Source: Podarcis vaucheri (taxonomy: Eukaryota). From it: DNA of 64,000 nucleotides. The notes beneath the pieces were generated by a model, which saw only the letters and a program-made list of their open reading frames with translations, did not search any database and had not been told where the DNA came from. The stretch lies in assembly GCA_965113315.1 (NCBI GenBank), contig OZ220378.1. One strand, 5' to 3'. Shown here in pieces: positions 31,372-44,777 of this stretch. Numbering within the stretch: the first letter of the stretch is position 1; every line of letters begins with the position of its first letter. Made by a program: the position numbers and the translations under genes.

Positions 31372-31851
31372 CTGTATTTTTCGCCCCATAGGACGCACCG
31401 GCCCATAGGACGCATCAAGTTTTTTTGGGGGGAAATTATTTTCCCCCCAGGCGCTTGTGGGGCCGGCAGCGGGGAGAAGGGCTCTTCTCCCCGCCGCCCG
31501 CCTTCAGATCAGGTCCGGGGACAGCGGGGAGACGCACTGCGCCTCCCAGCTGTCCCCAGAGCTTGCGGGGCAGGCAGCGGGGAGAAGCGCTCTTCTCCCC
31601 GCCGCCCGCCTTCAGATCAGGTCCAGGGACAGCGGGGCTGGCGGCGGGGTCTCCCCGCCACCAGCCTCCAAACCACTTCGGGAGACAGCAGGATGGCGGC
31701 GTTCCGCCTCCCTCTGTCCCCCGACCTTGTGGGGCTGGCGCTGGGCCCCTCCAGGCTTCAGCGTAAGCCTGCATTCGCCCCATAGGACGCACACACATTT
31801 CCCCTTCATTTTTGGAGGGGAAAAGTGCGTCCTATAGGGCAAAAAATACGG
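31372..31851. mobile_element. Tc1/mariner-superfamily (Tc2/pogo-like) MITE with internal GC-rich duplication
   Basis: TIRs CTGTATTTTTCGCCCCATAGGACGCAC / GTGCGTCCTATAGGGCAAAAAATACGG; TA on both sides. Confidence 0.88.
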
Positions 31852-32613
31852 TACTTGGTAGCTTGTATCAAACTCTGCAACGATTAATACAGAAAATAAC
31901 TACTGCTATATTCAACATATTGGGCAACAGGAAGTAAAAATCAACAAACTTAATAATGCTGAAATCATTAGTGCTTGGAAGCCAGTCAATAGGAAGCTAA
32001 AAAAAGAGGAATCTTGTTAAGTAGAACTATTTTCCAGGTGGGTACACAGGCTGCGGGAAATAGAGAATGGAGGAAATGCAGTACTGCACTAAAGGCTATA
32101 GGGAAGGCAGTTTCTAGATTGAGGGGCATGGTAAATCTTAAATAGAGGAAAATTCAATTAGAAAATCACCTTCTTTTGGGTTGGAACACAGAATCTAGAT
32201 TTCACTCCTCAATTTAATCTTGGCTCTTTTAAATAGCTGTTGCTATAACTTATCATTAGCCACTTGATGGAGCTCCAGTTATACAGCTATGATGTGACTG
32301 AAGTATTCAGGATCCTAGTACTAAAATAAGAGATTAAATGCCTCTGCAATGGCATCTATCAATGGAATACGAGCACCAATACGACAGCCAATTTTTTAAA
32401 GTCCATCATGCGCAATATGACATAAAAACAATAAATATTTCATACTGATTTAAGATGATTAATTCACTTCATAAAATATATACACTACTTCATTGTAAAA
32501 ATACTCTCAAAGTGGCTTACAAAAAGATAAAATAAGAAAATCAAGAAAATATTATTGATCCAGATTTTTAGGTACATCACCTCCCACTTAGGCACAGGGA
32601 ATGTATTACAGTA

Positions 32614-32827
32614 CAGTGGACCCTCCGGATACAAACTTAATTCGTTCCGGGGGTCCGTATGTACCCCCAAAAGTCTGCATCTAGAGGTGTTGCTTCTACA
32701 CACACACACAGCGCGATAGAGCACTTCTGCGCATGCGGCGAAACCCGGAAGTATACACTTCTGGTTTGCCGCGTTTGCAACCTGAAAGTTACGTTACCCA
32801 AAGGTAACGTAACCTGAGGATCAACTG
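32614..32827. mobile_element. Tigger/pogo-like MITE
   Basis: TA|CAGTGGACCCTC ... GAGGATCAACTG|TA. Confidence 0.8.
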
Positions 32828-35022
32828 TATACATATCTACATGTTTCATGCTGGTCTTTAATTTCTGGCTCGTGATAAACTGATTATCTTTTGATCCACC
32901 TTTCTCTACAATACCCAGCACAGACAATGGGCACCGGAGAGGCATCAATTAGAGGAGGAACTAGAAGATGAGAACACAAATAACTGACTTCAAGGCCACA
33001 AGAAGGGAGTGAGACCAGTTCCAATATATCCCATCCTAAACTCTTATAAGCATTTGCTGAAGTTTCCCATACACAGCAGCTTTTTCTTAAGGAATTATGA
33101 GGTCTAGAAACCTGCTGTGTAAAATAAATGCTCAAACTGTCAAATGGTTCATTTCATTAATAGCAGCCATGCTGATTTTAGACGCCTTGCTAGATATAAA
33201 GCACCAATTACAAAAACCACATCTTACATCTCACTTTTCTCTTCCAAAGAGGATGTAAACTTTAACAATGAGCTGTGCCAAGCTTATAATGAACAGTTTC
33301 CTTTGTGAGAGGTTAGTACAATTAACATGAAAAAGTTGAAACTGGAGAATTCTATGTAAAGATCCACTGTAGCTGCCATCTGCCTTTCCTCTTCTCTACA
33401 TTCACAAATTATAAACTAGTCACTCATGTATTGCATTTTAAGCCAAATTTCAACGTTTGAAGGCATTATAGCAAAATACAAAATTTAGCATACTTTAATT
33501 ATTTAGACTGTATTTGTTGTACGTCATCACAAGATCCCCACAAGCAAGCAAACCAATCAAAATATACACACTGAAACCAGAAAATCGTTAGTAAATACAA
33601 ATAACTGTCTTGATATTTCTTGTAACATATTTTTTAAAAAAATTCTACCACAAAGCAGTCCTATGAACTGCTAGAGGGATCTTGATTAGATTATCATTAT
33701 TCCCTTTATATTGGGATTCTTGCTCTGAAGTTCTACCAAGCTCAATGGCCTTACTTCCAGATACACAGATATAGGATTGCAGCTTTATATTGCTAAGACT
33801 TTTAGAAGTGATTCTTTGAGTTGTAGTAATATGTGCTGTTTCATAAACCTTCCAAAAATGTTTAAAATACCACTGCTGCTTACAAAAGATTATGAGAGCT
33901 GAAGCAAATAGGTACACCAACTAGGGATGGGCATGGAATAGTAAGCTATAGGTGGTCAAGAGTCTCTGAGATCCTAGAGTCATAGTTGGAAGGGACCACA
34001 AGGGTCAACTAGTCAAACCTTCTGCAATGCAGGAATCTTTTGCCCAATATGAATAGTTCTATTTGCAAGTCCTGAAAACGTACATGCAGACTGGTATCAA
34101 ATGTTTAATGTCTCTAGACATCATGCTTGTCACCTTTTAAGTTCTTAACTACATAGCAGACACCATACAATGGTGTGAAATTTCCATACCACGCAAGACT
34201 CTTAACACACATGTTTAATGACTGCTGCTTGTTCTCATAAACAGCAAGCAGTTGAGGTGGCAAGCTTGGATTGTTTCAGGTTGGAAGGGAAGAGATCACA
34301 TGACAGAACCCACCCACCCCCGAAACACTCTTGCGCACACACACAGAAAACCAACATGCTGTCCTAAAATCCTACTCCTGGACAACCTGCTTTCTATGTG
34401 CAGGGCATTTGCGTGTATTTGACCATGTGAGACTCAACCTAGTGTATAACACGCTATAGGCCGAAGCTTTAAAAAGGAAAGACAAATGTGAATGTTTTGG
34501 CATGTTAGCACTTGGGCTTCCTGTGTGGCTACTGGCTGTGTGAAAGGTCAAAGCTTCTAGTGGGCATTTGGCAGACTTGGTAGAAGCAGTCTGCTATAAA
34601 GCAACTGGGGGTAGGCAGACCAGTTCTTAAGAATTGTCATCACACATAAAAAAGACTATGCCATTATGTATTTAATATATTTCTGTGCAGGATTTGTACT
34701 CTAGTCACAATGAACTCACCAGTGAAAACTATAGGTGAACACTTGCCCCAGCTTGGGTCTGATCCTGAGTTGGTCTTTGGAGGTTCTTGAAAGCAGCAAG
34801 TCTCACTGCTTCCATGAGCCTCCAAAGATCAGCTAAACACAAACATGGGTAATACTAATGGACCAGTGCTGTATCTAATGACTAATTCTGAAATAAAGCA
34901 GAATTAAATTCACTGCCCACAAGCCTAAAGATCTGATTTTGTGTCATGAATGAGATTAGCATTACAAACATTGTAAAGTGCTAGATAAAAAATACAACAT
35001 AGAACATGCATCCCACTCAATT

Positions 35023-35370
35023 CTAGACTCTCCCAAGTGTCCCTTTTTTCCAGCAATAGTCCCACATTTACAGAAGCTGCCCTGGTTTCTGATTTGATCC
35101 CAGAATGTCCTGCTTTTCCTTAGGACGTCCCTATTTTCATTGGAAGGTACCGAGTTATGTAAACCCCGAGCCAACGAGATAAATACAACCTTTAGAAGAC
35201 ATCTGAAGATTTTTATTGCTTAATGTTTCACTATGTTTGAAGCTGCTTAGAGTGGCTGGGGCAACCCAGTCAGATGGGCATGGTATAAATACTGTAATCA
35301 AATTTTTATTATCATTTTTATTATGGAATAGGACATCCCTATTTTCACTGGAGAAATGTTGGACGGTATG
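35023..35370. mobile_element. Degenerate hAT-like element containing an L2-like 3' tail fragment (~35240-35290)
   Basis: Repeated GTCCCTATTTTCA subterminal motifs; ends GGACGGTATG; related end at ~56810-56850. Confidence 0.5.
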
Positions 35371-35795
35371 CCATTCTCATTTAACTGGATTCATGTCTCT
35401 GTCCAACTCTAAAATTAGTTGTTGTTTTTATGCACATTTAGTACTTTTTTGGAATTCACAGTACCTTATTAATGCTATTGTTTTACTCATGCTCTCTGGA
35501 GTGCTGTATGGACTCTTATTGCATACTGTTTTTATTAATTTACCATAATCGATTTAAAATTAAACAGATAAAGCATTCCTTTGCAATAGTTTTGATAACA
35601 AGTTATCCCATACAAATTATTTTGCCCTAGAGACACTGTCCACAATCAGTTCAGGTTATTTCCACTCTTTCCATGATTCACAGCCAAAAAACTCTCCCTA
35701 TCAGTTGTTACAGAAAGTTAGTCAATAGAGGAGCACCCACCGCTTAGATATTCTATCAGTTATTTCTGTACATACCATTTGCTATAATTCAGATA

Positions 35796-35835
<40 letters not shown>

Positions 35836-36914
35836 TTATTAGCTGCTCATCTGGTTGGGTTCTAGGCTTCTTCAAACTAATGAAAACATCCTGGAGGGAG
35901 GAAAGCTACACATTCTTAAGATAAGCGAGTTCTTTAAAATTCTACAGTACTTCCCATTACATATTATGTTTAATCCAATGCTACACACAGTGAAGTAGCC
36001 AAATACTGCCACAAAGATAATTTTCTAAGCAGTTTTGGGACCAAAGATGTATTTAGTTGATCACTGTGCCCATTCTGCTAGATGCACAATAGGATTAGGT
36101 ATTCTACAAGCATTAAAAAACTTTTGTCAGGTAAATTGCTAATTTATGTTACAAGTCTGTCAAACAAATACATGGTCAAAAAGGCAGTGAATAAATTAAT
36201 AAGATGATTACGTGACTTCCAGATGCCTCCTGAAAACAAATTTGAAGGGGAAATGTCCACAAGTTGTCAAGGGAGGTCATTATAAAAGGAAATTATGTTT
36301 TTTATCAGAATGCAGGCAGCACTTTTACATACCAAGACTTTTCTCACCATTTTATATAACATGTTCGATCATTCCCTTAATCTGTCTGGTGTAGAGAAAT
36401 GAGTAACTCAAGCCAGCTTTCAAGGCCACATAAAATGAGCTGCATCCCCTCTTCTACACTAACCAAATAAAATCTTTAACACCCCTCTTTTATAATTTTT
36501 TACTGCAGTGCTTCTTAATACATTACATATTATTCTTTACAGCACTGGTCTTCAAATGGTGAGTCGGGATCCACTAGTCAGTCACAGTTTGATCCAAGGT
36601 GGGCCGTAATAGGAGCACTACCGCTACACAAATATTATGGTGAAAGATTAAGAAATGGGTCCCCAAATGCATGTTTGGGTTAAAAGTGGGTGCTGCATCT
36701 GAAAAGGTTGAAGATACAGTACCTGCTTTACAGCATATCAAATACTTGATAAAAATACTCAATGTTTAAAGCTTGCCAAATTTCTAAAAAGAATGATAAA
36801 GCCACCTTCCTTTCTAAACTCTCATATAGCGTATATTTTCTAATCTCCACTATTTGGCATATCACACATAAGCATAGATCACATCTGCTAGAATCTCTCT
36901 TCAATCCTGTTTCA

Positions 36915-36970
36915 AAGTTTAACAAAATTAACAAAACTAAGTTCAACAAAATTAACAAAACTAAGTTCAA
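36915..36970. repeat. 24-bp tandem duplication AAGTTYAACAAAATTAACAAAACT x2.3
   Basis: Direct read. Confidence 0.85.
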
Positions 36971-37889
36971 TCTGCCAGAGAGCAGGATTTTATTTGTAGT
37001 TACTGGAGTTACCAAAAAAGAGGCTTTTGGTTTAGCGGCTATGTAATTTAGGCTACAAGTATCCTACTCTGTAAGAAGCAACATCAGATACATAGGCCAA
37101 TTCTCAGAAGTCAGAGAATGCCGAAGCTAGAACACTGTGTATGAATGCTTAGTATGAAGGATTGTGTCTTTGTATACAAGTGAGTAAGACGATCCTTCAT
37201 GTTCCAATAACTTAACCTTATCTATGTTGCATCTGTTATTCTCCAGCACCAGGATAACAACTGTGTGTACTAAATTGCCCATGCCAATTTCATGGTCACT
37301 ATTAGAAGCACAGCAAGCCATTTTTGTTCAGGAAAATAAGTAACGTCACATCTCCCAAACTGCATTATAGAATCAAGGCTAATATGGTAGGAACTGGTGC
37401 TAGAGAAAGGCCCTCCCTGACAATGGAGCATAATTCAGCGATAGAGCACATCCTTTACCTCCAGAAGTCACACAACCTGTAGTGAGAGGATCTTAGGTGG
37501 CACAGCTATGAAACACCTCCAAGGCTTTCAAGAGCTACTGCCCATCAAAATTAGACAACACAAGAAAGGCCACTGGTCAGGGCAATATGGCATCATACTT
37601 TCATAGGGCAAAGAATATTGTATTGTTTTTATCCCACTATTCCACCCAAGGATCTTAAGGTGGAATACACAGGTTCACCTCATTTTATCCTCACAAGAAC
37701 CCTTTGAGGTGGGATAATAGTGTGCCCCAAGATGACATAGTGAGCTTCACAGCTAAGGAGGGAGTCAAACCAGTTCTACTCCAGCACCAACCACACTGGT
37801 TAATAAAAATGAACCAGATTCCTGCCATAGAGTCCAATATTTATAATTTCATTTGTTGGAATCACAATATTTTCCTTCTCTTGCATGCA

Positions 37890-38223
37890 CAGTGGTGCCT
37901 CGCAAGACGAAATTAATCCGTTCCGCGAGTCTCTTCGTCTAGCGGTTTTTTCGTCTTGTGAAGCAACCGTATTAGCGGCTTAGCGCTATTAGCGGTTTAG
38001 CGGCTATTAAAGGCTTAGCGGATTAGCAGCTAAAAGGCTATTAGCGGTTTAGCGGCTTAGAAAAAGGGGGGGCGAAAAAAAATCGGAACACTTGCAAGAC
38101 GTTTTCGTCTTGCAAAGCAAGGCCATAGGGAAAATCGTCTTGCGAAGCAGCTCAAAAACGGAAAACCCTTTCGTCTAGCGGGTTTTCCGTCTTGCGAGGC
38201 ATTCGTCTTGCGGGGCACCACTG
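37890..38223. mobile_element. Tigger/pogo-like MITE with internal (TTAGCGG)-type array
   Basis: 22-bp TIRs CAGTGGTGCCTCGCAAGACGAA / TTCGTCTTGCGGGGCACCACTG (1 mismatch); TA on the right, CA on the left. Confidence 0.85.
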
Positions 38224-39024
38224 TACTACTTTTCCTAATCTATAGGGTAGTGGTTCTCACATTCTGTCCTTATCTTACAAACAAAGCACCATGCACACAA
38301 ACTTTGGGTGTTCTGAGTTTTAAATCATCAACAAGACTGTTCAAGATGAACATGTAGCAAGCACTCATCAGCAGAGAAAGGGGAAGTTGCATATTCTTAT
38401 TATTTTTATAGACTTACAGACCTGAACACATGAATATGGAAGCAAAATAAAATCATCCAGAATTACACACAATACATAATTCTCTGCACATTAAAGTAAC
38501 CTTCCACAACCTTGTTTTCTCTGATGTTGTTGGACCAAACTGCATCATCCCTGAGCATTGGCTATGCTGGTTGGGAATGATGGGGGCTGTAGTCTACAGT
38601 CTGTGGAACCAAGATTGGGGAAGGTTGTATTTAAGCAAAATGCTTGTTTTGCAGTAAAACAGATAAAAGACACTGTCTTATTTCCCTCAGAGGGGAAATG
38701 CAAAATGTATAGGCCCACGTTTTCCCCTAATGTACACTTCACAGTTGTCCTTTTAAGCACTGCCTGGCCTCTTTGTAAATTAATCATCACAACTCCTCAG
38801 GAGCACAGTTCTCCCATTATTCTGGAGGGAAGAGGCTTATTCAAGTGCACTTCACTATTAGGGCCCTTTAAATACTTTGTTCCAACATTAAGATTCCAAA
38901 TTGCATCAGAAATTCAAGGGGAAAAGTGAGGAAGCATCTTTTTCAGGTCTCCAAGTGAGTGCAATACTTTTTCTATATTGTACACTTCAACCAACTGGCA
39001 GACATGACAGATGTTACACTATAC

Positions 39025-39160
39025 CAGTGATGGACAAACTTGGCCCTCCAGCTGTTTTGGGACTACAATTCCCATCATCCCTGACCACTGGTCCTGTTAG
39101 CTAAGGATGATGGGAGTTGTAGTCCCAAAACAGCTGGAGAGCCAAGTTTGGCCATCACTG
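39025..39160. mobile_element. Palindromic hAT MITE (136 bp), best-preserved copy of an abundant family
   Basis: Long inverted arms CAGTGATGG...GGACTACAATTCCCATC / GATGGGAGTTGTAGTCC...CCATCACTG; 8-bp TSD CACTATAC/CACTACAC. Related copies at ~1159-1292, 38525-38620, 46430-46525, 48905-48985, 54415-54505. Confidence 0.85.
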
Positions 39161-39807
39161 CACTACACCATACTTAATGTGAACATGCGTGTGCTGGTGC
39201 ATTCAAAGTTCTTGCTCCACTCCTCCCCAGTTCCTGCTACGCTACCAGGAAACAATCCTGGCTTGTCATGACGTCTAAACCCAGGTTCATTGTTTGGAGA
39301 GAAACAAGCCACAAGTAGTAACCAAGGTTTATTTTTAGAATACTGATCATGGTTTGTTTGGGGGAAATCAAACCATGAGCTGGGTTTCAGATATCACAAC
39401 AAGCCAGACTCCTACTTGGTTCCCTGTGGCAGACCAGAGGAACTCAGCACGAACTTTTCAGCAGCATGCACCAGCACACTAGCTTATTCACACAGAAACA
39501 ATTTATTCTTCAAACTATGGTTTAATGTGTGGTGTCAAAAAGCCTATAGGCTAGAATGTTGTCAGCTTTGGACCTATGGAAACTTAGCAATTCTAAAGAC
39601 AATCTCAAAAGCTTCTGCTAGGATTGCATTTCAACATCCATATGCAACCTTAACCAAAGAAATTGTTCAAGAGCAACTATTCAAGGATTACAGTCATTTT
39701 TTAAAATAAAATAGCCAATAGTGAGTAAACTAACACAAGTATCTTTGATCTATACTCTATACAGGCCTACATTACTGAAATCAGCATAAAATTAAACCTC
39801 AAGATTA

Positions 39808-39974
39808 CAGTGGTACCTCCAGTTATGAACTTAATTTGTTCTGGAGGTCTGTTTGTAAGCGGAAACTGTTCTTAACATGAGGCGTGTTTTCACTAATGGT
39901 GCCTCCCACTGCTGCTGGGCTGCTCGACTATAGCTCGCATCCTGGGGCAAAGTCCGCAACACGAGGTTCCACTG
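39808..39974. mobile_element. Tigger/pogo-like MITE related to the 32614 element
   Basis: TA|CAGTGGTACCTC ... GAGGTTCCACTG|TA; shares AACTTAATT(C/T)GTTC. Confidence 0.78.
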
Positions 39975-40440
39975 TATAGCAATAACTTTTAATAATTCAG
40001 TTAAATAAGACTATATGGAGAGCAAAATTATTCACATTTTTCTGCTAGCTTTTAACTCTGGAATTAACATCCCCCAGATTCAGTTTCAAAATATTAGAAT
40101 ATATTCTGGAGAAATAAATTCACTGGTTTGCTTCCTGGAAATTGTTTAAGGAAAGATTCTTCCAGGAAAACCCAACCCACGCTATAATATCTGTAGGGAA
40201 TTCTATGCATGGTAAGTCAAGGCATGTCATCTCACATTGTTAACGTGCACAGCTTTTCAGACGTAGTGCTCACTAACTGTCCGCTTTCAGAATGCATAAT
40301 TCTTGAGCATTTCTAATCAAATCATAAACACAAATAATGGACTGTCACTCAAAATCAGGTTTATAACCAATAATGCTATTTTAAAACTGCAAATGTATTT
40401 TGAATATGCACAAGTGATCCACATTTACTAACATACCTTC

Positions 40441-40695
40441 TAAAGGTAAAGGTAAAGGTACCCCTGCCCGAACGGGCCAGTCTTGACAGACTCTGGGGTT
40501 TGTGCGCCCATCTCACTCAAGAGGCCGGGGGCCAGCGCTGTCCGGAGACACTTCCGGGTCACGTGGCCAGCGTGACAAAGCTGCATCTGGCGAGCCAGCG
40601 CAGCACACGGAACGCCGTTTACCTTCCCGCTGGTAAGCGGTCCCTATTTATCTACTTGCACCCGGGGGTGCTTTCGAACTGCTAGGTTGGCAGGC
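40441..40695 (-). mobile_element. Sauria SINE, 5'-truncated
   Basis: Closely matches the 3' part of the 30503 copy, with ACCTTT tail; tRNA head missing. Confidence 0.9.
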
Positions 40696-42330
40696 CTACT
40701 CACAACTTCCTTTACATAAAATGTTCGCTCATTTTAAAGTGGCATAGTCATATATAGTTAACTTTTGTAAGAAAAAAACCAGAATGACTAAGCCAATCGT
40801 CTCCACAAGAAAAATCAGTGCCAAGCTTTGACTAACTGCAATGATGCATAAGTACCAGAACTGAAGACCATCTTCTTTGAAAGCACATGCCAGTGTCAAG
40901 ATATCTGAAACCCTCACTGGCTCAAGATCAGCAACATGCTATGCTACATATTAGTACAGGGGGTAACCCTCCTCTCACCCGTTTTTTCCTGATCGTATTT
41001 CCTACTGCCACAATTATTTTGCAAACACTTAAGAGAGCTCTGCACCATTTACTGTTTTCTACTCTTATACCTTCTAAAAAGGCCCCAAAGATTAAATTTA
41101 GTTCCTCTGAAAACTGCCACATAAATCCACAATTGGGGAGAGCTATCTTGGAGGTTCCACATATAACCCATTTTTAAACCCCCTTCTTCCCACCACAGTG
41201 CCTTGTGATCCCTGAAAAGCTGCTCCTGGAAATAATGGGGCTCTCCAGAACTGCTAATATGTCACAAAAAGCTGCAGTTAAAGGGGAACTCTAGAGTTGC
41301 CATATATAATGAAAGCACATGTTGGTGTGCACACAGTCCTACAAACCCCAGCCTTCTCTAACCTACCTTTCAGGTTACAAAGCGCTGTACATTCTTTATC
41401 TCCATCATCCTCACATCAGCCCTGTCCATAGTTTAGGCTGGCACTACATGCCCAATGCTACCAAGCATTTTAGAGCTAAAGTCTCACCAAAGAGAACACT
41501 ACCATTTGCACCATGCCAACCTGTTTAAGTATCATCTCCACATGTAATGCTTTTATAGTTTACCCCTTCCTTTTCAGCATGTCAGAATGTGTGAACCATG
41601 ACCACCCTCTGTTTCGATCTTTGCTGCATATCTAACTGTTTCTCCGCAAACACAGACCTGGCATCAGGCAATGTTAAGTCTATTCAACGGCTTTTAAATA
41701 AGGAAGAAGTAAAAATATCCAGAACCGGTTTCACAGTCCCATCCTACCAATTCTGCATGTAAAGCAGGAGGCTTCCCAAAGGTCAGTTACCAAATTTGGT
41801 CAACAATGGTGCCATCACTGCTGTCATCATTCTTGTCACTGTCAAGAGCAACAACTGTCACCTTGCTATTATCAGCGAGGGAAGGCAACTGGAATATTCC
41901 CCCATGCAAATTCTATTTACAGTTGCATCCAAAAAAAGATTTCCAGCAGTCTCAGTTAGTTTCATAACAATCAACCATACAAAGAATACTAGTTCACCTT
42001 CTTACTGGGGCCAAGGTTAACAGGCAAGAACTGGGAGATCCTACTTCAAATAAAGAAATATCATCAATCCCATGGATACTATGTATCAAAAAATGTTAGT
42101 GTGTATCTGGTTTAACTGGTATGCAATCCTGGCCCCATATTAAAACACAACTTTGAACTGCAGTATCCCAGCAAAATCAAACTTGTTCTGAGAAAATATG
42201 GTTAGGATTGAGGTCAAAGTAACTGCACTAAAATCCAGAGACAAAACACTTTCTGGTAGAAAACATGATACTCGGTCCCAAGGCTTTAAAACTTAAGGCA
42301 AATTAAAAGGTATGTTTTTTGCACTTCTCA

Positions 42331-42738
<408 letters not shown>

Positions 42739-43235
42739 TTAATATCAAAGGCACAAACAATGTAATGGTTAAGGTGCCTTCTTTCACTGAGACAGAGAGC
42801 AGGCCTCATGCTCCCAGCATTTTACCCTAAGCATCAAGCTGGTGAGGTTACAAATTCAGCCAAGTCATCACTGCTGCCAACCATAACTTCTAATGGAGCT
42901 TCACACACAGGGTCAAAGGTGTTTAAACACACACACCTCTCTTAAGCCTCAGACAAAGAGATTTTATTTTTTCCTCAACCTTCCTTTTTCAAAAAGCAAG
43001 GAGGAAAGAAAATACACTTATTCACTTTTCAAGGGTAGCTCCCTCACCTCTGGCCCCGTCATACAATTTCCTATGCAAATGCCGGTTTTGCAACACAGTG
43101 AAAGCAGTGTGCCTTCTCGCCCCCCTCCCGCACCTTCACAATCCTCTTTTTAAACCAAGAGCGTTTAACAGGAATGAGGAACCAAGCCGGAAGGAAAAGA
43201 ACAAAAGAAACAAAGGTCAAATAAGCAATAGGCTA

Positions 43236-43883
<648 letters not shown>

Positions 43884-43917
43884 TCACCACTAGCCGCCCT
43901 CGCCGCCCTCCCTTCCC

Positions 43918-43956
43918 CTACGGATCCCCACTCCTCCTCCCCGGATTTGTCACCAT
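43918..43956 (-). other. Upstream ORF in ATP2A2 5' leader (MVTNPGRRSGDP*)
   Basis: Only ATG found between the predicted TSS and the main ATG; TAG after 12 codons. Confidence 0.5.
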
Positions 43957-44651
43957 CCAAGACAAGAGATCCAGAGGGGGCCCGGCGCTTTCTAGCAAGG
44001 CGAAGCCAGCCAGTAGATCAAGGCTCGCGCACCCCCTTGGGGAGAGGTCTTTCGGGGGGAGGGACGGCCCGCAGCTACCACCAGGGTGAGGGGGCAAGAA
44101 ACCCCCTTTTCCCCTCCTCCCACCCCAACTCAGAAAGGCACCCCCTTTTTTTCTTTTTTACTGGCAAGGGTGCGTCACCCAGCCCTCTCCGCTCTCCCTC
44201 AGGGTGAGGGGTCCAACTCGAGGGGTGTTTTGTGAGGGGGGTGGCAAAAATAGGAAGAAGGGGCTGCTACCCAAACTGGGGGGGGGGGTTATAAAATGAG
44301 ACGCCCCCTTTTAAAGAATTCCTCCCTCCCCTGACTTCGCAGTCAGGAACTGGCCCTTGGCGCCTCGCCTCCCTCCGGGTTCGCTGAGGTGCGAGCGCCC
44401 TCAGGGTTGGGGGCAGAGAGAAGCGCCCCACCCGCCTCTGACGGGGCAGCAGCGGCGGCTCCTCGGCGCGCTCTTCCCCGGCTCGGCAGCGCAGGCCTCG
44501 GTCGGCTCTCCGGCTTCCTGCCCCCCTTTTTGTGTGTGGCGGCGGCGGCGGCGGGGCTTTTGGGGTGTCCCTTTCTCCCGCTTCCTGCCCTCCCTCGTCC
44601 CGGCTCCCCTCCCCGGCGCTGGCTGAGCCGGCGGCCGCTGCTCTAATAGAA

Positions 44652-44657
44652 TTTATC
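44652..44657 (-). promoter_or_regulatory. TATA-like box GATAAA; TSS predicted near 44625
   Basis: Minus strand GATAAATTCTATTAGAGCAGCGGCCGCC resembles the recalled mammalian SERCA2 core promoter; lies ~40 bp downstream of the ERSE. Confidence 0.7.
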
Positions 44658-44695
44658 CGAGCCAACTCGCGGTTGCCCCTCTTGCGGCCGCGGCA

Positions 44696-44714
44696 TGTGG
44701 ACGATGCTCATTGG
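44696..44714 (-). promoter_or_regulatory. ER stress response element (ERSE) CCAAT-N9-CCACA with overlapping E-box CACATG
   Basis: Minus strand CCAAT-GAGCATCGT-CCACA; exact 9-nt spacer; consensus CCAAT-N9-CCACG. Confidence 0.85.
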
Positions 44715-44752
44715 CCGAGAGAGGAGAGCGAAGGGAGGGGGGAGGGAAGAGG

Positions 44753-44777
44753 CCCCGCCCACCCATCGTGACGTCAC
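44753..44777. promoter_or_regulatory. GC box (44753-44760) and palindromic CRE TGACGTCA (44769-44776)
   Basis: Exact motif matches ~130-150 bp upstream of the predicted TSS. Confidence 0.7.

Noticed and set aside
31324-31842. Five overlapping ORFs of 76-153 aa
   Set aside because: Lie essentially within a GC-rich MITE; no transposase motifs
37970-38060. Possible interstitial telomere or CRISPR-like array
   Set aside because: Unit is TTAGCGG rather than TTAGGG, there are no unique spacers, and it lies inside a MITE in eukaryotic DNA
44289-44296. Plus-strand TATAAAA as an antisense promoter
   Set aside because: Isolated motif with no supporting elements or transcript evidence
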